Shown: positions 56,570 through 64,000 of the stretch, in pieces
How the letters are laid out: the number at the start of each line of letters is the position of its first letter
How positions within the stretch are numbered: position 1 is the first letter of the stretch
Source: an uncultured virus (IMG/VR IMGVR_UViG_3300020256_000017)
Lineage: Duplodnaviria; Heunggongvirae; Uroviricota; Caudoviricetes
Direction: 5' to 3' (one strand)
Virus record (IMG/VR): IMGVR_UViG_3300020256_000017
DNA length: 64,000 bases
Notes under the pieces: model-generated
Database searches by the model: none
What the model was told of the DNA's origin: nothing
Seen by the model: only the letters and a program-made list of their open reading frames with translations
Position numbers and translations under genes: made by a program

Positions 56570-57844
56570 TTACCGCGAGTCTGTAATTTGCTTGACGCTT
56601 GAAAGAATCGCTTTCACCTGGTTCGCCTTCTGTTCTCGAACCTGCTCAGGTAGCGCGTCAATCTCATCATCAAGCTGTGCCGCCGTCTCCACTTCGATAT
56701 CTCGAAGGGCCTTTTCAAGAGTCCTGTGTTTTATAGGGTTGGCAAACTCACCGTACTGCTTAAATAGCTGGAAGATATCGTCGACGTCCGCCTTTAATGC
56801 TGCTATTGCTTTTTTGCCGCCACCACGATGTTGAATGCTCTCGCTAAGCTGAGTTAAGGCCACTATGAGTTCATCGCGTTTACTGCTACCTGTTGCGTCG
56901 GAAACGCGCGCTCTTGGCTCTTGAGTGTGCGATACATCAACACTGTCGATGACTTTTTTCTCTCGGCGCATGATGGTCGCCGGTATATGTTTAATCCTGC
57001 CTTGTATAAGCAGTGCATAAGAATCAAGGCTTACGCCGACAGACAAAAACTCTCTGTCTGCGGTATAGCGATAACGAGTGCGATCAGTCAGCAGGGAGGC
57101 CGTTGCTGTAGAGAGCGTTAAGTTGAAGTAGCGACCATTGCTCATCGTGTCGCCAAACAGTCGTGTTTCACCATGAGTGACGCAACCATAAAGCAGTGCG
57201 CCTGGGTCGCATACCTCGCCTCCGCCATTGTCTAGTGGCAGTGATGGTGTTGATGCATGATTGCTGTTGATCATTCCGCATAAATCAGCAAAGAGTCGTT
57301 GTGCGCGTAGTTTTATTGCAGCTTCAGCCTGCTGCATGTAGTAATCTTCGCTACTCTTTAAGTAAGACGCTATTAGCGACAACGTTTGAGCGACATCATC
57401 TTGTTCTTGCTTTTTCAGGCGACCATTTTCCAACGCTTGGGTTAACGTCATGTTGATGCGTTCAAAAAACTCAATCGCTTGTGGAGAGTCTCCAATGGCG
57501 GCATTGATGGTGTCTTTGAGCGTCTTTTTGATGGCATCGTTTTGTGGGTCGTAATCCCTCAATGAGAACCCTTCCCGGTGCGTTAATGTAACAGGCGAAC
57601 CCTCATGTTCACTCGGGAACATGATGAAGTGACCAAACTGCGCACTGCTCATCACCGCCCTCGCTATCGGTTTGCCTGCAATAGACTGGCGTGTTTCGGC
57701 TTGCCATGTGGCTTCGTGGAAAGTGATTTCCACCAAGTGATGCGCAGGCTCAGGCGAGCCAAAGCACGCCATAGGGGAAGCGGGTGTGATGTGTTTGATG
57801 GATAGTACACCCATGTAGTCTAGCGGCTCTGTTCGGCTCATCAT
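56570..57844 (-). CDS. Hypothetical protein with an internal domain duplication
   Basis: Two FG..(H/Y)..I/L..A..S..(F/Y)..P.T repeats, each followed by helical segments. Confidence 0.75.
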   Translation of the reverse strand: MMSRTEPLDYMGVLSIKHITPASPMACFGSPEPAHHLVEITFHEATWQAETRQSIAGKPIARAVMSSAQFGHFIMFPSEHEGSPVTLTHREGFSLRDYDPQNDAIKKTLKDTINAAIGDSPQAIEFFERINMTLTQALENGRLKKQEQDDVAQTLSLIASYLKSSEDYYMQQAEAAIKLRAQRLFADLCGMINSNHASTPSLPLDNGGGEVCDPGALLYGCVTHGETRLFGDTMSNGRYFNLTLSTATASLLTDRTRYRYTADREFLSVGVSLDSYALLIQGRIKHIPATIMRREKKVIDSVDVSHTQEPRARVSDATGSSKRDELIVALTQLSESIQHRGGGKKAIAALKADVDDIFQLFKQYGEFANPIKHRTLEKALRDIEVETAAQLDDEIDALPEQVREQKANQVKAILSSVKQITDSR

Positions 57845-57950
57845 GTGACCTTTTAGTGTTTTAACGTGGTTTACCAGTCTTCGAAGCGAGGCTCTTCCAT
57901 TTGAAGCCTCCGACGAGTCATTCGAAGAATCGACTCGCGGAATCCAGACA

Positions 57951-59282
57951 CTAACCTGCTTTAGACTGTTGCAACAACCATAAAGAGGATAGCACTAACG
58001 GGTTTCCCGTTGTCGGACAAGCATTCGGCTTGTTTCGACTCCACATTTGCTTACGCAATTGTGGATAATAAATCTTAATAATGCCTCGTGTGGCAATGTT
58101 GTAAGCAGCATTGAGATCCGCGTTATAGCGTTTTCCATTGCTGAACTTCGCATTAGCATAGTTATCTTTATCACGCGATAACTTACCACTACCATCATAA
58201 GCATAGCTTGATGTGCCACGCGCATAAACGCGATGTGTGCGAATACCAACTTCCATAGACTTGCTTTCGACATTATCAGCCAGCCGCGATTTAAACCAGT
58301 TGTGAAACTTCACTTTCATGGTTTTGCTGCGACCTTTTGGCTTCCAGCGTGTTAGGTCTTCGATGATAATCCCGTCGCACTCAAACTGCGTCGCTAAATC
58401 GACGATCTTGCGGCTTATCTGATGACTCATATTGTGGTTGAGCTGGCGCAATCGACGATGCTCACTGGTGCAAAAAGCGTTAGGAAGTTTATTGCCGTGG
58501 CGAGTCGCTTTTTTTGCCTTAGTGCGTATGCGCTGCATGATGCGGTAAACACGGTCTTTATCTGTTCTATCGAAAAATGCACGATGAACAACAGTGCCGT
58601 TTTTATCCACGACAGCGCAGGCTGCGGCTGAGTTAATGCCCATGTCAACGGCCAAGATTTGGCCGCTGAAATCGGTACTCTCTTTTAACGGTATACTTAA
58701 TTTTGTCGGCGTAGACAGTGCCCACTGCTTACCTTTTAGTGTGAGTAATGGTGACATTTCCTTACCTTTACCCAAAAAGCGGGATTTGCCAGATAAGCGA
58801 AACGCTTGCCAGATCCAGTCATTATTCATTCTCACCTTAATAAAGGCAGTTTTATTGTCGTCGCTGAATTTAACGCATTGACCTTTATAAAGACTTGGGA
58901 AGGTGTTTGTTGAGCAAGTGAGCTTTGGCGGCATCTTTTTCATGCCTGCATCTAACCAGTCATTATATCTCGTATGAAATGAACTCACCTGCCCGTAAGC
59001 ATCCATAATAGCGACGCGACGCAAGTAGCTTGGGAATTTGTAGTAGTTTTTATGAAAATGCGGATGCTTGATATCCGGTCGTGACTTTGTTGGGTGAATT
59101 AAATTCTCGACGATTTTAATGCACTCATTACCTTGTGCACGCTGAAGCGTTCGCCATCGAGCATTAATCAACACCATGAGGTCACGCACATACTTTCGGT
59201 AATACGCAAGCGTATCCCCCAGTACCTTACGCTGTTGGGCATCGGTATTGATTTTAAGCTTATCGGAACGTATCATTTTCAT
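57951..59282 (-). CDS. tnpB: TnpB RNA-guided endonuclease
   Basis: RuvC residues AVDMG, IIEDL, NADLNAA. Confidence 0.92.
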   Translation of the reverse strand: MKMIRSDKLKINTDAQQRKVLGDTLAYYRKYVRDLMVLINARWRTLQRAQGNECIKIVENLIHPTKSRPDIKHPHFHKNYYKFPSYLRRVAIMDAYGQVSSFHTRYNDWLDAGMKKMPPKLTCSTNTFPSLYKGQCVKFSDDNKTAFIKVRMNNDWIWQAFRLSGKSRFLGKGKEMSPLLTLKGKQWALSTPTKLSIPLKESTDFSGQILAVDMGINSAAACAVVDKNGTVVHRAFFDRTDKDRVYRIMQRIRTKAKKATRHGNKLPNAFCTSEHRRLRQLNHNMSHQISRKIVDLATQFECDGIIIEDLTRWKPKGRSKTMKVKFHNWFKSRLADNVESKSMEVGIRTHRVYARGTSSYAYDGSGKLSRDKDNYANAKFSNGKRYNADLNAAYNIATRGIIKIYYPQLRKQMWSRNKPNACPTTGNPLVLSSLWLLQQSKAG

Positions 59283-59312
59283 ATTAAATACCTTATCAGT
59301 TACAATTAAATA

Positions 59313-59732
59313 ATGCAACCACAGAACACGCTTAAACCGCTTAATCATAGTGCTTATAGACTTCATTACCATGTTGTTTTTGTAATTAAATACCGTAATA
59401 GAGTAATAAACCGGGATGTGATGGAAAGGATGCGCGATATCTTTAGTCACGTACTTGGGAAGTGGGGGTGTGAATTAAGTGAATTTGGTGCAGAAGAAGA
59501 TCATGTACACCTGCTTATAGAAGCACATCCATCGCTTAATCTATCCAGAATGATAGGAAATCTTAAAACGGTCTCCGCAAGGCATATTCGAAAAGAATAT
59601 GCAGAGCATTTAAGTAAATATTTTTGGAAACCTTATTTCTGGTCAAGAGCGTATGCTGTTACTACAACGGGAGGTGCCAATTTAGAGAAAGTAAAAGATT
59701 ACGTTTTGTCTCAAGAAAAACCGTCAGCCTAG
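59313..59732 (+). CDS. tnpA: IS200-type Y1 HUH transposase
   Basis: YHVVFVIKYR, DHVHLL, FWSRAY and C-terminal YxxxQ. Confidence 0.95.
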   Translation: MQPQNTLKPLNHSAYRLHYHVVFVIKYRNRVINRDVMERMRDIFSHVLGKWGCELSEFGAEEDHVHLLIEAHPSLNLSRMIGNLKTVSARHIRKEYAEHLSKYFWKPYFWSRAYAVTTTGGANLEKVKDYVLSQEKPSA

Positions 59733-59733
59733 A

Positions 59734-60291
59734 CTAGCGACTCATTCGAAGAATCGAGTCGTAGAATGCGGCTGACAAATGTTCAATATGAAGCGTGCCA
59801 CGAGAGCTATTGCATACCCATGTGTTGTATTCAGTATTGAAGGTTGCCTTGTTGAAGTCGTCAACAGTTATTTCTGTTACGCGGTCATCAACAACAAAAT
59901 CCCATAAAGGCGACTCTGCTACCGTATCTGCGTGGTATTTCGCTGTCACTGTCATGTGTGACGACACGGGTTCATCATTAATCCAAACGTCGTCAGGGTG
60001 CTTGCTCATGATATACCAGAAGCTCTTATCGCCTTGTGGCATTAACATAAGGAAGAGGGCCATTATATCCTCTGGCGTTTCACTTTGAGCGACATGAGGC
60101 AAAACCACTGAATCAACGAAGGTGTCATTTTTTGCTGCAATCTTTGTTGCAACAGTAAGCATTTCGTTTAGCGACTCACTAGATGGATTGGTTAACGCAG
60201 AATGCAACTGGCCTTCTGCAACCAAAATGATAGTTTTCCTATAGTAGGCGACAAAGACGCCGCGCGTAAGTGAGTTGGTTTGCGTCATCAC
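59734..60291 (-). CDS. Hypothetical protein whose C-terminus is replaced by IS sequence
   Basis: Reads into the IS left end; original tail lies at 57871-57900. Confidence 0.75.
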   Translation of the reverse strand: MMTQTNSLTRGVFVAYYRKTIILVAEGQLHSALTNPSSESLNEMLTVATKIAAKNDTFVDSVVLPHVAQSETPEDIMALFLMLMPQGDKSFWYIMSKHPDDVWINDEPVSSHMTVTAKYHADTVAESPLWDFVVDDRVTEITVDDFNKATFNTEYNTWVCNSSRGTLHIEHLSAAFYDSILRMSR

Positions 60292-61031
60292 TGTGCTCCA
60301 CGGTCAATGTTGGTGATGCGAACGGGGAAGTGTCCTGCTTCTGATGAGGTCACTCCACTATTAGCAGCGGCCGCAGTGCGAACAACTTCGCGCCAAAAAG
60401 GTTCAGGCATATCACTTGCGTCGCCTTCGCCAGTTAGCCCTGCGTCAACCCATACCACGATGTCCGAATATTCACCTGGCGTATCACCTTTGTTGTGATA
60501 TGTCATGATACCGTCGACGTCATTTAACCAAGAACGGAAGCGAACGTCTTGAAACCAAGAAGGGCGATTAATCGTCGCGAGGTTAACTAGATTTCCATCC
60601 GTAGGTGGCGCATCAAATTTTAGCTTTTCTGTTAGGCATAGGCAGACGGTGATATACAGTTCAGGGAATAGCTTTGGCGTGGTGAGCGTAATAGCGTCTT
60701 GACCGTCTTCCGCCTCACATTTCCCGCCATATCGCTTTGCCGTATCAACAAGCAACCCTGTGATCGTTTCAATATTCCTAGCAGGTGCATCGCTTACGTG
60801 GATCTTAATCGCGGGAGCACCATTGTCCATCATGGCAGTAACCGTAATAGTGCTCGCATCATCGCCGTACGAAAACGTCACGCTGTAATGGTCTGTCTTT
60901 TGAGTAGGCGCCGAGATTGTGACATCCGAATACACGTAAAAGCGTGTTTCAATTTCCTGCACTGCAAGAATAAATGTGTTGATGGTTGATTGCGTGTTTT
61001 GTTTTTTTCTGTTTCGTTCAGATCGTGACAT
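60288..61031 (-). CDS. Hypothetical protein
   Basis: GAGGA RBS after box. Confidence 0.8.
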   Translation of the reverse strand: MSRSERNRKKQNTQSTINTFILAVQEIETRFYVYSDVTISAPTQKTDHYSVTFSYGDDASTITVTAMMDNGAPAIKIHVSDAPARNIETITGLLVDTAKRYGGKCEAEDGQDAITLTTPKLFPELYITVCLCLTEKLKFDAPPTDGNLVNLATINRPSWFQDVRFRSWLNDVDGIMTYHNKGDTPGEYSDIVVWVDAGLTGEGDASDMPEPFWREVVRTAAAANSGVTSSEAGHFPVRITNIDRGAQ

Positions 61032-61043
61032 GTTGAATCCTCT

Positions 61044-61087
61044 TGTGTTGACCTTGTTATCATCTCAAAAACAGCGTGGGGTGTCAA
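61044..61087 (-). promoter_or_regulatory. GTCAACACA-box promoter
   Basis: TTGACA..TGAGATGAT..GTCAACACA. Confidence 0.85.
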
Positions 61088-61157
61088 TTTTATTGATAGT
61101 ATTATTGTCTTATGTGTTAACATAATAGTGAAGACGAAAACGAGTGAGGGAAGGTGT

Positions 61158-61496
61158 ATGAGCAAGGTTGTTGTGCGGTTTCATCCTGCCATGACAATAA
61201 CAGAGGATGACGCGGCGTTTTTTGCTATGGCCGACAAGAACGTGCTCTCTCGCATAGTGGACGCCGTTGAGAATGAAATAGGTCATCATGCCATGATGAG
61301 GCTTATTGACACCTATGCTTTTATGACACCTCATAAAGTCACGCTGCTGACTCCTGTAGACAAGGTTTCTTCGCCTTGCGTGGTAGATGAGAAGAAACTC
61401 AACTTATTCTTAAATGCCGCCATAGAAGCATCTCCAGCGATATTGAAGAAGACGCAAGAGCGCATAACACTGATACCTCTTAAGGTGTTTCGGTGA
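61158..61496 (+). CDS. Hypothetical protein
   Basis: AAGGTG RBS, start MSKVVVR. Confidence 0.7.
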   Translation: MSKVVVRFHPAMTITEDDAAFFAMADKNVLSRIVDAVENEIGHHAMMRLIDTYAFMTPHKVTLLTPVDKVSSPCVVDEKKLNLFLNAAIEASPAILKKTQERITLIPLKVFR

Positions 61497-61512
61497 TATG
61501 CGCATCGCGGCG

Positions 61513-62523
61513 CTATCTGGCCGGTTTGATGAGTTCGGGGTTGGCGTCGAGGTGGTCGTTAATCAAACTGCTGTCATGACCAGTAAGTGCGCCAACATCT
61601 TCGATGAAAAAGTCCTCTTCATAGGCTTCAAGATAGAGGCTTCCTGACGCGGCTTTAGCAAGTTTAGCTGCGCTGGCAAGGTAATCTTGCATCGCATCTT
61701 CTTTCTTAATGTAGTAGTTTTTGCAGTCGTCTTTAACGACGTAGAGCGTCATCATGCCTCGTGATGTCTTTACTTTAAGCGCTTCCCGTGCGCATCTCTG
61801 TGCATTGGGGATTTGATCTTCAGTCAGTTCATCAAGGTAAAGCCTAATGACTTCATCATTTATTGAATGCGACTTAAGGAAGTTGACCACGGCATTATGA
61901 CCGTTGAGTAGCGCTTCGAAGCGCGCGCGTTCTTCGCCAGTGGTATTGTTTGTGCGGCGCTTGATGTATTCAATCTGTTCTGAAATTTCACCGCGCTCTT
62001 CTTCTGTGAGAAGCACCCATAAGACAGGGGCGTATTCTTCGCCACTATCGTCGGTTGGGTACGTCAAAGGTGTGACTTCATTTGGCTTAAACGAAGCGAC
62101 TGTCTTTTCATCGAAATATTCATGCAGGTCACTGATATCTACCATTGAGGGTGACAGTGAAATGTCTCGGCCTGAGGTGAACGTATCGCCTTCCACGGAC
62201 TTTTTCGCCTCTGCTAAAAAAGCATCATTGGCTTCTTTACGGTCGGTAAACCATTGAGAGCGGTAGTCTGTGCCGAACACACCGAAGATACGTACACGTC
62301 CAATTTTCTGACGGTGCTCTTTGAGCATATCGATATAGGTGATAGCGCGCGAGAGCTGTGAGTTAGGAAAAAAAGAAAATACGGCATCAAATCCCTGCCT
62401 TTCTTTAATGAGATTCATGATCAAACGAACGCCGTCTCTCTCTTCGTCATTCAGATTTTCTGCATCAGGGTGAGTCGAGTTGAATTGCTGAATAATAAGC
62501 GATGTGATGGTGCCGTATTGCAT
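61513..62523 (-). CDS. Hypothetical protein
   Basis: GAGGA RBS after box; 336 aa. Confidence 0.8.
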   Translation of the reverse strand: MQYGTITSLIIQQFNSTHPDAENLNDEERDGVRLIMNLIKERQGFDAVFSFFPNSQLSRAITYIDMLKEHRQKIGRVRIFGVFGTDYRSQWFTDRKEANDAFLAEAKKSVEGDTFTSGRDISLSPSMVDISDLHEYFDEKTVASFKPNEVTPLTYPTDDSGEEYAPVLWVLLTEEERGEISEQIEYIKRRTNNTTGEERARFEALLNGHNAVVNFLKSHSINDEVIRLYLDELTEDQIPNAQRCAREALKVKTSRGMMTLYVVKDDCKNYYIKKEDAMQDYLASAAKLAKAASGSLYLEAYEEDFFIEDVGALTGHDSSLINDHLDANPELIKPAR

Positions 62524-62536
62524 GTTAAATCCTCAT

Positions 62537-62580
62537 TGTGTTGACGTATAAATTATCTCAAAAAAATCATTTTAAGTCAA
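62537..62580 (-). promoter_or_regulatory. GTCAACACA-box promoter
   Basis: TTGACT..TGAGATAAT..GTCAACACA. Confidence 0.85.
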
Positions 62581-63325
62581 CATTTATAGCACTCTCAAGC
62601 ATAACGTCAATGAGTCCGTTGTAGTCTACATTTCCCTTTATAACGGGAAGTGTCAGCGTGAATGATTTTAACGTCTCAACATTTATTCGCTCGGGCATGG
62701 CGTAACCTAGCTCAACAGACAGCGTGCGAAATGCAAGCACTTCGTTCGCTAGTTGCTCGCGTTGAACTTCATTAAAGCGCATAACATTCGACAGCATTGT
62801 TATCGCAACAATATCGGCGATGCTCTCTTGCGTTGAATCAGGTGTTTTACTGTACGTTAGGAGCGGTGAAAGGTGTGTGAGTTCATGAAGATAGGCGAAT
62901 AGCTGATGATGCTGAAGCAGCAATGGAAATTTTTTGGTCAAGTCTCGGTACGTTGTAAACGCGGATGATTTTGTGTCTACCAGTACAATACCGTGATAAC
63001 GATTGCGTTTAGGGTAGTATAAAAGCCATGCTTGAGGCTGGCTGTTACGAGAGGTGACAATTTTGTCAACAAAAACCTCGTGGACATGAGCGTCGTTGAA
63101 GAGCTTGGTTTTAGTTATCGCAAAAAAATCTTCTGCTTGACGATATAAGTAGAAACAGGCATCTGGCACAAAGGGGTTACGGTACCATCCTTTTTGGGGT
63201 GCTGTATTGGTAAGGGGGGATGCAGTGCAACGTTCTGGCGTTGTCTCTTCGTTTACATTCACTGGCGTGGTTGTGCAACCCACTACAACAAGTGAAGAAA
63301 ACAGGCATAGTAAGAGGCGCAACAT
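62567..63325 (-). CDS. Lipoprotein with HExxH metallopeptidase motif
   Basis: Lipobox VVGC; HELTH and ESIAD. Confidence 0.7.
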   Translation of the reverse strand: MLRLLLCLFSSLVVVGCTTTPVNVNEETTPERCTASPLTNTAPQKGWYRNPFVPDACFYLYRQAEDFFAITKTKLFNDAHVHEVFVDKIVTSRNSQPQAWLLYYPKRNRYHGIVLVDTKSSAFTTYRDLTKKFPLLLQHHQLFAYLHELTHLSPLLTYSKTPDSTQESIADIVAITMLSNVMRFNEVQREQLANEVLAFRTLSVELGYAMPERINVETLKSFTLTLPVIKGNVDYNGLIDVMLESAINVDLK

Positions 63326-63327
63326 CG

Positions 63328-63636
63328 CTACGGGCCTAACCAGTAGCGAGAATAGGTATCAAGGAAAGCGTTCGCTATATTTTGCTGGTGGCGATGTTTT
63401 TGACTGTAGCGCTTGCGCAATGTTCGAGAGGTTGATGGCGTGATACGCTTCAGTGTTTTTTGAGATGCTTTTCGCCAATGAGAGATTACCGCGCTTGCTA
63501 TCCGTCTTTTTGCATGATGCGATAGCTCACTAGGAAACGCAATGTGTCCTAGCTGAGGTGTTGTGCGAAGCGCCATTTCAGTGCCATCATCGCAAGTGAC
63601 ACTTATTTTCCGTTCAGATATTTCGTTGATAATCAT
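63328..63636 (-). CDS. Basic hypothetical protein
   Basis: ATGA-coupled operon. Confidence 0.6.
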   Translation of the reverse strand: MIINEISERKISVTCDDGTEMALRTTPQLGHIAFPSELSHHAKRRIASAVISHWRKASQKTLKRITPSTSRTLRKRYSQKHRHQQNIANAFLDTYSRYWLGP

Positions 63637-63980
63637 AAGTTAACCGAATTGGTTATATTGTTTGCAAAAGTGTTGTTTTTATTGAGCCAAGCATGTCGAT
63701 TAGCCTTCATGATACGAAGGTTAAGTTGAAGTAACGTGCGGTGGTGACACTTAGGAACAGTGCTGCGCGACGCCCTTAAGTGAGACAAGATGCGTGTTAA
63801 TGCTACCCTTTGCTTCTCTTGTGTCAAGGGGATGCTTGTGTAGAGCACCCCTGTTGATGTATTGATGTCAAAGTCGCACTTTTCATGGTGAAAAGACAGC
63901 GTTTGTGGTAACAAAAAAGCGTTACCTCCCTCTATGAAATGCCCAACAGGGTTACAGGCTTTCACTGAGTTCCAGCTCAC
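63633..63980 (-). CDS. Hypothetical protein
   Basis: GTG start, same operon. Confidence 0.55.
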   Translation of the reverse strand: MSWNSVKACNPVGHFIEGGNAFLLPQTLSFHHEKCDFDINTSTGVLYTSIPLTQEKQRVALTRILSHLRASRSTVPKCHHRTLLQLNLRIMKANRHAWLNKNNTFANNITNSVNL

Positions 63981-64000
63981 TATTGTTATGTAAATAGAGT

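Larger units (their letters stand above)
57901..59781 (-). mobile_element. IS200/IS605-family insertion sequence (divergent tnpA and tnpB)
   Basis: Related subterminal hairpins at both ends (core TCATTCGAAGAATCGA); right end TTCAA; left flank TTGAA; no target duplication. Confidence 0.93.

Noticed and set aside
59283..59450. N-terminal extension of TnpB in the ORF track
   Set aside because: It overlaps tnpA on the opposite strand; MKMIRS at 59282 fits a TnpB start better.
661..62580. Box motif read as integron attC sites, REP elements or iterons
   Set aside because: Copies sit at a fixed distance from -35/-10 hexamers at gene 5' ends, lack long palindromes and are not tandem.
173..63443. 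Many 60-140 aa ORFs antisense to or nested in longer genes
   Set aside because: No RBS or recognisable motifs; treated as shadow ORFs.
1..64000. Prophage or jumbo-phage structural region; tRNA or rRNA genes
   Set aside because: No capsid, terminase, tail, integrase or stable-RNA signatures were recognised. A phage origin of the whole replicon cannot be excluded from this window.

Overview
A gene-dense 64 kb stretch of mostly hypothetical genes. No housekeeping operons, virion genes, rRNA, tRNA or CRISPR array were seen. The content suggests the accessory region of a very large mobile replicon, probably a megaplasmid of a marine gammaproteobacterium (inference). Recognisable cargo includes six PEP-CTERM-like surface proteins, a porin plus small binding-protein pair, ugd, an SspB-like adaptor, four HExxH peptidases, a PcfJ-KTSC fusion, a dNMP-kinase-like protein and an IS200/IS605 element with a miniature derivative. 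The main signal is non-coding. About 29 transcription units, mostly on the minus strand, share one promoter architecture: TTGAC(A/T)-N17-(TGn)GATAAT-N6-7-GTCAACACA, then RBS and ATG. Their mRNAs would therefore start with the same 9-mer, GUCAACACA. A gene-free unit at 20572-20825 has its own promoter of this family and a terminator. It would make a ~250 nt RNA that displays the exact complement (CUGUUGUGUUGACGCC) in two hairpin loops and a sense copy in a third loop. This is a candidate single antisense sRNA controlling a replicon-wide regulon through a shared 5' tag. Other candidates are a family of pseudoknot-like leaders ahead of related proteins and an ArfA-like gene with a terminator before its stop codon. 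All functional calls come from reading motifs by eye; no database searches were run.
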